Part shown: positions 53,157 to 64,000 of the stretch, piece after piece | How the letters are laid out: every line of letters begins with the position of its first letter | Position numbering within the stretch: the stretch's first letter is position 1 | Assembly (NCBI RefSeq): GCF_006345805.1 | Contig: NC_043012.1 | Span: forward strand, 59,086,001-59,150,000 | Direction of reading: 5' to 3' | Source of the DNA: Octopus sinensis | Taxonomy: Eukaryota | Length of the DNA stretch: 64,000 nucleotides | Notes under the pieces: model-generated | Databases searched by the model: none | What the model saw: the letters and a program-made list of their open reading frames with translations, nothing else | What the model was told of the DNA's origin: nothing | Made by a program: the position numbers and the translations under genes

Positions 53157-53511
53157 TATATATATATATATGGCATTCAGTTCTTTCCAAGATGGTGGAT
53201 CTGACAAAATGATTGATCACATATTTACAGATGATTGTCCTTATGATATGGTCAATACTGGGTTGGGGCTACAGGCGAAAAGGCTAACTGGTATTAGAGA
53301 GGCAGATCAAAGGTTTTCGAGGTCATTCTTTCTCTAGATGTCTTTTCTTCTCTGTTCTTTCTTCCCCTTTTTTTTTTTTTTTATCGGAGAGGACTTTTCT
53401 ATACACCATTACTTCTAATGTTAGAATTAGTTCACAAACTTACTGAGAATAACAAGTAATCATTATTTCGATGCCAAGTTTTCTATATAGTCTACTAGTA
53501 GTAGTAGTAGT

Positions 53512-53586
<75 letters not shown>

Positions 53587-53727
53587 TTCTCTCTACTATA
53601 GGAACAAAGCCTGAAATTTGTGGGGAAAGGGATTCGCTAAAGATGTTGGAACGCAGATTATAATGCAGTTCGGGAGTAAACAAGTGCGCAGTGCTAATTA
53701 TGAAGAGAGGCCGGAAGGTTAAAACCT

Positions 53728-54640
53728 GATGGCATAAAATTACCACACGACAAAATCATTAGGATATTGAGGGTTGCAAATACCTAAGAGTACAGCAAAA
53801 CGTCAGGATATTGAAAAGAGAAAGCGCAAGAGGGAATGTCCCTAAAGAGTACACGAGAACTAGGAAGGTGCTGGAAACAAAACTAAATGGAGGGAATATC
53901 ATTAAAGGCCATGGCTAGATAGGCTATTCCCCTGTTCAGGTAATCTGCTCTCTTTCTGATATGGACAAATTTTGAGCTATATAAGTTGGATAGAAGAAAT
54001 AGAAAGCGGCTCACGATGCACAACTCACTCCACACTAAAAGAAATGCCGAGTGACTCTACCTAACAGGAAAGTTCTTTCTCGAGCAATGCCTGGCTGATA
54101 AGGGCCGGTTTCCCGATTTACTTGGCGTATAGGTTCCCCCACCTGGACGGGATGCCCGTCCGTCGCAGGTGAGCTGCAAGATGCAGGAGGAAAGAGTGAG
54201 AGAAAGCTGTGGCGAAAGAGTTAGCAGGAGTTCGCCATTACCATCTGCCAGAGCCGCGTGTAGCTTAGGTGTTTCGCTCATAAAACACGCACATCGCCCG
54301 GTCTGAGATTCGAAACCGCGAGTCCGCTGCTCTAACCACTAGGCCATGTGCCTCCTCTAACAGGGAAGGAAGGTGGCAGAGGATTACTAAATGCAGGTGA
54401 CCCTGGAGAATATTGCGATACTGGGTCTGGAAAGTTGTGCTATGCAGGGTAAATAAAGAGCAATATCCTCGGCCAGAGACACCTAAGAAAATGACTGAAA
54501 CATTAGGAAAATTCAAAGAGAAAAATAAATGCTACAGAACAGACAACTGCAAAAAGAAATGGAACTACGAGGCTAATTCATGCAACGAAGAGAGAATGTC
54601 CGAAGTGAGGATCGCTGGGTTTGGTCGACGGATATTATAA
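53728..54640 (+). mobile_element. R4/Dong-type LINE fragment (post-RT region), interrupted by a SINE
   Basis: CKYL..., RKVLETKLNGGNIIK, AIPLFR*SA...WT..EL.KLDRRNRKRLTMHNSLH and, after removing the SINE, LYLT-RKEGGRGLL. Confidence 0.85.
54073..54356 (-). mobile_element. SINE family C nested in the R4/Dong fragment
   Basis: TSD ctaacaggaaag (54061-54072) / ctaacagggaag (54357-54368). Confidence 0.9.
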
Positions 54641-54771
54641 TAAAAATAATAATTATTATTATTATTATTATAAGAAGAAGAGGAGGAGGAGGATGAAGAA
54701 AGAAGAAGAAGAAGAAGGAGGAGGAGGAGGAGGACAAGTCCAAAACTAGAGCAACAACGACTACAATAATA

Positions 54772-54970
54772 AACCTTCTACTATAGCCAAAAGGCCTGAC
54801 ATTTTGGGGGTGGTGCCAGTCGATTAGATTGACTGTTACTTAATTTACCGACCCCGAAATGAGGAAAGGCAAAGTCAAGCTCGGCCGAATTTGAACTCAC
54901 AACGTAGTGACGAGCGAAATACCGATAAGCATTTCATCCAGCGTGCTAACGATTCTGCCAGCTCGCCGCC
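54772..54970 (-). mobile_element. SINE family B
   Basis: aaggcaaagtcaagctcggccgaatttgaactc...ctgccagctcgccgcc. Confidence 0.85.
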
Positions 54971-54972
54971 TT

Positions 54973-55152
54973 ACTCACTACAATGATAAGAAAACGATTC
55001 TTGAAGATTGTCTTAACAGGAAAACACATCTCTCATTGACCTGGGCAGGCTACAAGAAGGCCTTTGATAGTCTTCTTCACAGGTAGATAAAAGAATATTT
55101 GGAGATGTTCAAAATTTCACCAATAATCATTAAGTTTGTACGTCACAGAAAC
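54973..55152 (+). mobile_element. R4/Dong-type LINE reverse-transcriptase fragment
   Basis: KTILEDCLNRKTHLSLTWAGYKKAFDSLLHR*IKEYLEMFKISP matches the RT motif AWIDY.KAFDSVPH.WI. Confidence 0.85.
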
Positions 55153-55378
55153 GTATGGCAGAAACGTTAGCACGTCGGGCGAAATGCTTAAGCGGTATTA
55201 CGTCTGCCGTTACGTTCTGAGTTCAAATTCCGCCGAGGTCGACTTTACCTTTCATCCTTTCGGGGTCGATAAATTAAGTACCAGTTACGCACTGGGGTCG
55301 ATGTAATCGACTTAATACCTATGTCTGTCCTTGTTTGTCCCCTCTATGTTTAGCCCCTTGTGGGTAATAAAGAAATAG
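55153..55378 (+). mobile_element. SINE family B, young, slightly 5'-truncated
   Basis: tggcagaaacgttagcacgtcgggcgaaatgcttaagcgg...gccccttgtgggtaataaagaaata. Confidence 0.9.
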
Positions 55379-56139
55379 GTATTCATTATCAACACTCTCA
55401 CGACAAATATAAACGCTAGACAACCAATCTTAGAATTTGTTAAAGCTTCACAATATATGTCTGTAGCAATAATGCGCAAACACTGTAGAGCCTATAAAAA
55501 CAACGCAGACAGCTTAGAACCCGGATGCAACTTCAAATCTACTCAAAGCCTCTACATACAGTCGTCAAAATAGTGTGTGGCATAAGTAATAGGATTAGTT
55601 CAATTATTAAATCCCAACCAGGGTTCAAATGTTGTTTCCTGAACGACATATTCATCATATTCAACAATGGTGAAGGAAAACGAATTTCTATAGAATATTT
55701 CTGAAAGCATGTGTTGAAGTAAATCTTATCGACTGCAATATACAAAGTTACATTACACAATCTGGTTTTTATATGAAGGAAAAAAAAGAAAGAAAGACAA
55801 GATGGTTCCGACTAGGGAGGCCTTTGATTACGACTCGTCTCAATCACAATTGACCTGGGATTAAACAGCAACAACGACAATAACACAACGTAACAAAGCT
55901 ATACACTTTATAGTTTTGAGTGCATTTCTTTCCGAGGGCAGACAATAAACTCAGTAAAAAGCAATATTGTACTATAGGAAGAAAATAAAATGCAAATGTT
56001 GAGTATATTATGCCAAGATTTCGCTTAAGTGTTAAGTTGTAATCCAAACACTTGAACGTTAAAACGTAATGCCGTAAACGATCGATGCCTTGAACAATTG
56101 CCATCATACTGAAATCGTACTTGTAAACACCTTTTGTTG

Positions 56140-56182
<43 letters not shown>

Positions 56183-57219
56183 TGTAAGGATGTATGTATG
56201 GATGTATGGATGTATGTATGTGTGTATAAATGTATGTATATACAGTTCTCGCCTATGCTTTACACTGTTATACTTTTTTTATATTTCAACAAGCATTACA
56301 AGGCTATCAATATACTGTTGTGTAGTTAGATCGAGGTTTTTTATTCTCTCGTGGTTCACGATACCGTAAGCATCTTAATTTTGAATCTAGCCATCTATGC
56401 TTTTTTCCATAGGCTTCGAACGAAACGACTACAATTCCCCCATCATGTATGACTTCTAAAGGTTGCTATTACCGGATCCAGGAAATGAAGTTTCCTCAAT
56501 AAAGAACGGAACGAATTAAATTCCCAAAAGTGACATTTTTACAAGCCGGACTTATAATGAACAACTCTCTACAAATAGTTCTGTTGGGTTTCGGTAATAA
56601 AGAACCAAACGAAATTTACAGTAACTTCAATGCAGTTTATGGACCATAAAATCGAAATCATTATGGAATAGACACTCTGCTTCTCCATAGAAATACTGTC
56701 ATCAAAGACAAATAACTAAAGAATTTTAAGCTTTACAATATGTGCTTAGTTCATTTTCTTTTCTTTGTTGTTCTAACTGTCTGTTCTTTATGCCTTTCAT
56801 ACTTGTCTCATATATGATTATTTCCTTACAGTGTAGATAGCAATAACTACAATATTCCTATCAATCAATTCGTGGTAAAGCCTTTTTTTGTGTATGTGTG
56901 TGTTTCTTCTGTATAAATTTTGAACCTAACTAAACTTAGGAAATAATAGCAATCATAAAAGACGTTTCCCAGAAAATCTTCAATGACATTCAAGTAAATG
57001 ACATCTATGATAAAATCTCCGCTTTACCAATACCTTGTAAGCACGTTGCCGCCATTCTTTTGAAGAGGGGCAAATCAATGGGAAAGAAAGAAAAAAAATA
57101 AAGAAAAAGTAATACAGCAAATAAAACGAAGAATAAAAATGGAAGCTCAACTACATTTGTCATTTAGGAGAAACGAAGGATTTGCAGTCATTAATGAACC
57201 ATCATAACGCCAATCATAT

Positions 57220-57420
57220 TAGATGTGGCGTTTGAAATTGCTTTCCCCCCCAGATATGTCCGGCTTTCCTGATTGACGTTCTAATCAGAATTTGCAAAAA
57301 GATCTTTAAAGATGGCGACACTGTTACGTCTCTTAGCGAACCTCATTGACCAAAGAAATATCGCTCGCAGAATCAAGAGAGGATAGCAGCATTAACTGTG
57401 GCGGCAGTAACTGATTCCAA
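57220..57420 (+). promoter_or_regulatory. Possible promoter/TSS island with a YY1-type motif
   Basis: Non-repetitive, locally CpG-richer stretch containing AAGATGGCG (~57308-57316); inference only. Confidence 0.2.
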
Positions 57421-58189
57421 GTGAATGAAACACAAATACCCATATGAGTTGAAAGTTATGAAAACAAAAAAATTAATAAGTAAAAACATAGACGCAATTT
57501 TAAGGGGTTTTTCCCATATTGATTATATCGTTTTGTTAGACAAAGGTTTATTTGCGCATTTATTTCTGTACTTCTATTTCTTTGTGTTTCGTTTATTCCT
57601 ATTTTAAGTTGGTATCATTTACTTAAGCATTTTACATCCCATTTATGAAAATGTAAGATGATAGGCTAGCCATAGAATGAAACAAATGACAAATGGTTAT
57701 CAAAATGTAGACCTTCTCGTTATTTAGTATCAAACGTACGTTTGCTGTTATTTATATTATTATTATTTTCCTTTTTGCATTGTATCTTTTACGACAAGCA
57801 TATTAGCCGAACTTACGCTTTCTTAACCAATAGAACCTATGATGGAACCTAAACGTGGTGGCTCGAACTGCTGGAAATAGTAGCCAAATATCGCTCTCCG
57901 AAATCAATTCCTTTCACGGAAGAAAACATAGATATCTATAAAAACAGTTTCGGTCTGCTTGCTATGGTTAGTTTTACAATAACAACAACGATAATGATTT
58001 GTTTATTTAATGTTGTTTTGATGTACTGCTCAGTCGATATCCAATTCTTTCAATTTTCTCTTTGTCATATTTATTGTATACCAACGACACCTATTCTTTC
58101 AAGCTTCCTAGAAATTGTTATTCATTTAGGTATAAGAACTAAGAACTGTTAGGGACTCGTTGGTTATATCAACTCCAATACTTAACAGG

Positions 58190-59570
58190 TGAGTCATTTT
58201 ATGGACCCCAAAAGGCTGAAAGGCGAAAATGGCATGCAGGAGACTTGACCTCAGAGCGTAAATCCAGTAATCATTGTTTCTAAACGCCTTCAATGAATGG
58301 AGAGAGTTAGCTGGTACTGTTGGCCCTAGTATCTAACTTCTAATTAAGTTTATCGATCACGGAAGGATGAAAGTTAAATTGACCTCGGTAGGATTTGAAC
58401 TCGGTATTTGAATGTATTGAGTCGGAAGAAATATATTTTCAACTATAGGCACGGGGCCTGAAATTTCTAGAAAGGTGGCTTGTCGATTACATCAGTCTCA
58501 CTGATCAACTGGTACTTACTTTATCGATCCCGATATAATGAAAGCCAAACTCTACCTGAGGGGTATTTGAAGTCACAACGAAAGGATGAAAAACAAAATG
58601 GCCCGAGCGAGAACTGAACTCAAATTGTAAAGCGGCGGAAGAAATGCCGCTAAGCATTTACACTCGCGCTCTAACACATCTACCAACTCAAAGTCTTATG
58701 TCTGGTAATAATCCCTTCTACTGTAAGCACGAGGCCTGAAATGTTTTAGGAGAGGAGATTAGATGATTACATCAACCTTAATGCTTCACAGGTACTTATT
58801 TTATCAACCCTGAAACGACGAAGGGCAATGTCACCTCGACGAAATTTGAATTCAAAACGTAAAGACGGATGAAATGTCACTCAATGACACTACCTCCAGC
58901 ATGCTAACGATAAGGCCAGCTCCCTTCTTTTGTTACTGCTCCCAATAATGGTTTTAAATTTTGGCCCAAAGCCAACAATTCGGGAGAAGGTGTAAGCCGA
59001 TTACATCGTTATGTTCCAAACAACAGCTTAATAATCACAGGAGAATTCTCTGTAATTTTTAAAATTAATTGAAGGAAAATTAAAATTGATGCAATTCATA
59101 GGAAATTTGTAACAAAAAGGTTTAAGAGGTAATTACATAAAAAGAATAGACGCAGCATCGCTAAATGGTTTGCCTCGCAATCATGAGATGCTGGTTCCAT
59201 CCTACTGCATAGCATCTCTGTGAAATTCCTTTTATCATAGCCTCGGATCTACCAAAGCAATGTGATTAAAATCTGTAAACGTAAACATTACTGACGCCCA
59301 TTGTACGGATGCTATCCGTAATTAGAAGGTTCAAACTTGTTACGCTTAGATCTACTTTTCTGTCGCAGAATAGGTCTTAAATTTTGGCACAAGTTGAGCA
59401 ATTCTGGAGGAGGGGAAAGCCAGTTACATCGATTCCACTGCTCAACTGATACTTAATTTACTGATCCCTAAAGGACGGAACATAAAGTCAACCCCAACTG
59501 AATGTCGGAAGAAATGCTGCTCAGGAATTGGTCCAGCGCGATAACAATTCTACCAACTTGCTGCCTTAAT
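58190..59570 (-). mobile_element. Array of about six degenerate co-oriented family B SINE pieces
   Basis: Repeated 'gattacatc...ggtactta.ttta(tc)..ccc.aaa.ga.gaa' blocks at ~58195, 58330, 58438, 58706, 58945 and 59378. Confidence 0.65.
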
Positions 59571-59929
59571 TCTGCAGCAGAATTAAAATAAGGGTACATT
59601 TGTCTGTTGACTTATTTAACCTTAATTAACAAGTCAATTTGTGAGGAGTTCACTTGCACACATGACGGAAATACTCATCCTAGAATCCGATAGAGCTCCA
59701 TATTTACATCTAAAATAATGAAATCTTATGATTTGTACAAGGTATCATATGTACTGAATATAAGAAACGATTTATTGCGATGTTTAAACGTATCCCTGGA
59801 GATATTTTGTTCTTAGGTGAAGTGAAATAACTTTAAATTGAAATCGAACCTAGATAACTGCTGAATTCAATATCATGCTTAAGTGATTACAATTCGGACA
59901 AATATCGACGCTATTAACCATAAAAATAA

Positions 59930-60185
59930 TAATAAATGCGCCCTTTTAAAGCCTAACCAGGCTCATGGGACCGGTTTCCCGGTTCCTATGACGTATGTGT
60001 TCTCCCGCTGGACGGGACGCCAGTCCGTCGCAGCGTAACTCATTTTTGCCATCTGAGTGGACTGGAGCAACGTGAAATGAAGTGTTTTGCTCAAGAACAC
60101 AACTCGTAGCCCGGTACAGGAATCGAAACCACAATCTTACGATCATGGTCCTGATACCCTAACCACTAAGCCATGCGCCTTCACG
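59930..60185 (-). mobile_element. SINE family D, full length
   Basis: Reverse complement of the 12073-12327 type. Confidence 0.9.
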
Positions 60186-60222
60186 CCATTAACCGTACTT
60201 AGTAACAAATTGTTTTAATAAT

Positions 60223-60529
60223 TGTTTGCTCCTTCTCGATCCATGCTTTGCTCATAAGGGCCGGTTTCCCGGTTTCCTTGGCGTATAGGTTCCCCACCTG
60301 GACGGGACACCCGTTCATCGCAGGTGAGCTGCACGATGCAGGAGAAAAGAGTGAAAAGAGAGAAAGTTGTGGCGAAAGAGTTAGCAGAAGTTCGCCATTA
60401 CCTTCTGCCGGAGTCGCGTGTAGCTGAGGTGTTTCGCCCATAAACACACACATCATTCGGTCTGAGATTCGAATCCGCGATCTCTCGAACGCGAGTCCGC
60501 TGCTCTAATCACTAGGCCATGTGCTTCCA
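60223..60529 (-). mobile_element. SINE family C, full length, with TSD
   Basis: TSD tttaataat at 60214-60222 and 60532-60540. Confidence 0.9.
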
Positions 60530-60691
60530 AGTTTAATAATACAGCAGATAAATATAAATACCCCCAAAAAAATCACTATATTTAAAGAAGTTGTTCACTA
60601 TTTTCAGTTGATCCGGGAATGTTGATTCACTAAGAATTGTTGCTTCGAAACAGTTCAGGAAATGGTTGATAATAACCTCCATGAAAAATGC

Positions 60692-60850
60692 TTTCAAATT
60701 TTGGCACAAGGCCAGTAATTTCGGGAGTAAGTCGATTACATCCACCCCACTGCTCAACTTGTACTCATTTTATTGACCTCAATAGCATGAAAGGTAAAGT
60801 CGACCTGAATGAAATTTGAACCCGGACAAAACGCCGGTAGACATTTTGCC
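60692..60850 (-). mobile_element. SINE family B, degenerate
   Basis: tttcaaattttggcacaaggccag...gtcgattacatc...aaggtaaagtcgacctgaatgaaatttgaac. Confidence 0.75.
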
Positions 60851-61907
60851 CTAGTTTTGCCAAGTCGAGACGGTCTAAAGATTAGACAAATATACAAACT
60901 AAAATAAAAGAAAAATATAGACAACTTTTTTTCTCGAAAAACTTATTCTATTCTGATAATGCTATACTATTTTGGATAATTGGTCTCAGAGAATTATTTT
61001 TCTTAATCATACAATGTTTACTGATATTCATTGTGGTATACATAATTTTAAGTTTTCTATCAGAAAATAAAAAGTACACAGCCAATGATCTTTTCCTTGA
61101 AGGGATGTGTTTATAATGTTAATATCAGTTGCCGAGGAGTCAAAATCTATGGCGTGCACATTGGAACCTACATACATAACTTCATTCACTTTTATATGAC
61201 TCGCATCAGGATCCTTGTGTATGACTGGTACTATTTTTAACAATCTGGAATTCCGTGAGAGATATGATAAATTTCTGAAGAATATGAACTTAAAATATAA
61301 AGATTGGTAAACCTCCCAATATATTTTACCATTACCGTATTTCTGATTAGGTGAAGAAGTCATCAGAGATGCTTGCTTTGACCCACGAAGAAACTACAGG
61401 AGATACTCAGAGGTTTTGCAAAATCTTCTAAATCTAGTGAAACGCTGGAAACCCTTCCGTACTGCCAGCATGTGTCTCAAAGTCACAAGCGTTTCGCCCC
61501 TTAGCCTGAGTTGGGCAGCGTAGACTGAGCTAGTCTTCACCTACGGAAGCGTTCTACTTGCAGTCTCTTATCAGCTGTAGCCATCTTGAGCTAGTTTCAG
61601 CGGTCGAGCCTATTTCCTTAATGGCTTTCTTCAGTTGTCTACGTTCCAGATATATCTTCTTCAGAAAAATAATTTTCCTATCTTTTGTTTCTTTTTTTTA
61701 CAGTTTCTTTTGTACCTTTTTGCTTTTTGCCGACGAAAAAATCGGAGATTATAATTGATAACCATAGAATATATTTGATCGAATTATTTGCAATATATTC
61801 TAGCAACATAATTCGGTGGCATTTGCGGGTATTAAAATTCAAAATCATACCGAGAGAGAAATGAACTAAGAACGTTAGGGTGATAAACTGAAATGTTGAT
61901 ATATATA

Positions 61908-62130
61908 TATCTTTACTGCACACAAGGGGCTAAACATAGAGGGGACAAACAAGGACAGACAAAGGGATTAAGTCGATTACATCGTCCCCAGAGCGAAACT
62001 GGTACTTTATTTATCGATCCCGAAAGGTTGAAAGGCAAAGTCGACCTCGGCGGAATTTGAACTCAGAACGTAACGACAGACGAAATACTGCTAAGCATTT
62101 CGCCCGGCGCGCTAACGTTTCTGCCAGCTC
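61908..62130 (-). mobile_element. SINE family B, young
   Basis: Close match to 28375-28605. Confidence 0.9.
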
Positions 62131-63302
62131 ACTGACTCTTGTTGAGATGTATATAGTCATAATCTCAGCCAGCTCTCTGGTATAAACACATTTTGTGTAA
62201 AAAGGGACATAACCAAAGGAACCGATCCTAAAGTATTGTCGTTGATATTCAATTTTACAAGAGATGTGAAACCAGGATAATGAGACTCACTTCTCCAACT
62301 GTATTGAATTCACTTTGTACTGAGTTCATTTTGTATTTATGTTATCCCATATTCGATTCCAATATGTGTTACCTTGGATACGTTTTCTGATTTAACCTAA
62401 CTTCACAATCCGACGAGTTCGACTTTGATAAAAAAAATTTCCTAGACAGTTATTCGGGTCGGCGTAATCGACTTTTCGCCTCCGCTCAAAAATACGTTAC
62501 TGGTCTTGTAACAACATTTCAAAGAAAAAATTATTGCTTGGTGGGGAATTCTAAGTAATCCGTGATACTCCGATTTTCTTATTCAATTTAGTAATTAAGC
62601 TTTCGTCAGATGAGTAAGAAAATTTGAAACACGTAAAATCTTTCATTTCTATATTGAGGAATATTTTCTAAAAATAGATAAAAATCAAACTTAATACCTA
62701 GATATTAAAATGTTTCGCTTTGCCAATGCCGGAACTGTTAAGATGAAAAAGTTTAAAAATATCAAATAAATAATACAATAAATAGATCATAAATATATAT
62801 ATATTCATATACATACATAAACACACACACACACACACAAACACACACAGATATATATATATATATATTAGCAGCCATAACAAATATATATATAAATAAC
62901 AGAGAATGAAATAAGTAAAGATTATGAAAAGGAGACCAAAGAATTTATTGGATATATCATTTTTCAATAGATCAAATATGCGTGGGAACGAACTCTACGC
63001 TTTTTTTTTGTTCACATAATCAATCAATCCTCACTCACCCGACATACATGCTATATATGTGTGTGCGTGTGGGTATAATTATATTTGCATTTATATATAT
63101 TTGTATATATAAATAAATATGAATATAAATATTATATATATATAATAAATATAAATATTTATATTTATATATATTTGTATATATAAATAAATATGAATAT
63201 AAATATTTATATTTATTATATTTTTATATGTATATATATATGTATGTATAAATATTTATATACCTTATATTAACACACTCGCACACACACACAAATATAT
63301 AC

Positions 63303-63345
<43 letters not shown>

Positions 63346-63378
63346 CGTTATATACGCATATATATTTCTATATACATA

Positions 63379-63409
<31 letters not shown>

Positions 63410-63872
63410 GCTGTGTGCAAACGTGGATATATATATATATATATAATATATATATATGTGTGTGTGTGTGTGTAATATATATATATATATATATTATATA
63501 ATATATATAATATATATATATATATACATATATATATACATACATCTATATACGACCACCCTCACGACGCACACACATACACATGCACACACCACGTATG
63601 CACTCAACTTTCCTTAGCATGATATAGGCATTTCGGTTTTAAATATTATATTTACAAGAATGCAACCGTTGAAAACGGCTTCAATGGTGACTTAAACGAT
63701 TTTTTTTAATGGTAATTCTCGCTTAGAAAAAAAGCAACTGCAAACTTTAAACGAGATGTTGGTGTACCTATTGTTGTTATTCTACTTCACTGATTAAGAA
63801 AGACATTGCAGAAGTGACATTTAGTATGCACAACATTGTCCTAAACGCCCTCTACTTCACATAGCTTCAACA

Positions 63873-63981
63873 ATGAAATTTACAGGACCTAACACTGATA
63901 TTAAGAGCACATCACTGGATGGGAAAACCGATAACAAAGCCAACCTCCCAAACCGAAGTCCAAACTCAGAAATGCAAAAGT
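63873..63981 (+). CDS. Candidate first (or internal, from 63886) coding exon of a gene continuing beyond the window
   Basis: caacaATGaaa context, open frame MKFTGPNTDIKSTSLDGKTDNKANLPNRSPNSEMQK, strong donor |gtgagt; alternative acceptor tttacag| gives a 96-nt phase 1-1 exon. Confidence 0.25.
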
Positions 63982-64000
63982 GTGAGTAAATATATATACA

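Overview
AT-rich eukaryotic genomic DNA dominated by microsatellites and four families of tRNA-derived SINEs. The repeat landscape matches what I recall of Octopus/cephalopod genomes (inference, not checked). No protein-coding gene could be identified: nearly all long ORFs in the track are translations of simple repeats, and only a few weak candidate exons remain. Recognisable relics are a Buster/Charlie-type hAT transposase, a non-autonomous hAT element with an 8-bp TSD, a pogo/Tigger-like MITE, three R4/Dong-type LINE fragments and an RTE fragment. The most interesting signal is a set of type I hammerhead-ribozyme motifs from three sequence-unrelated small elements next to (TA)n runs. Two are outward-facing copies in a near-perfect 430-bp fold-back (9659-10668), one has a very long helix II (43285-43395), and one is a 35-nt minimal variant carried inside a SINE (42016-42050). 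All have a palindromic helix III, as in Penelope-like elements and retrozymes. Folds were made by eye; none of the activities is demonstrated.
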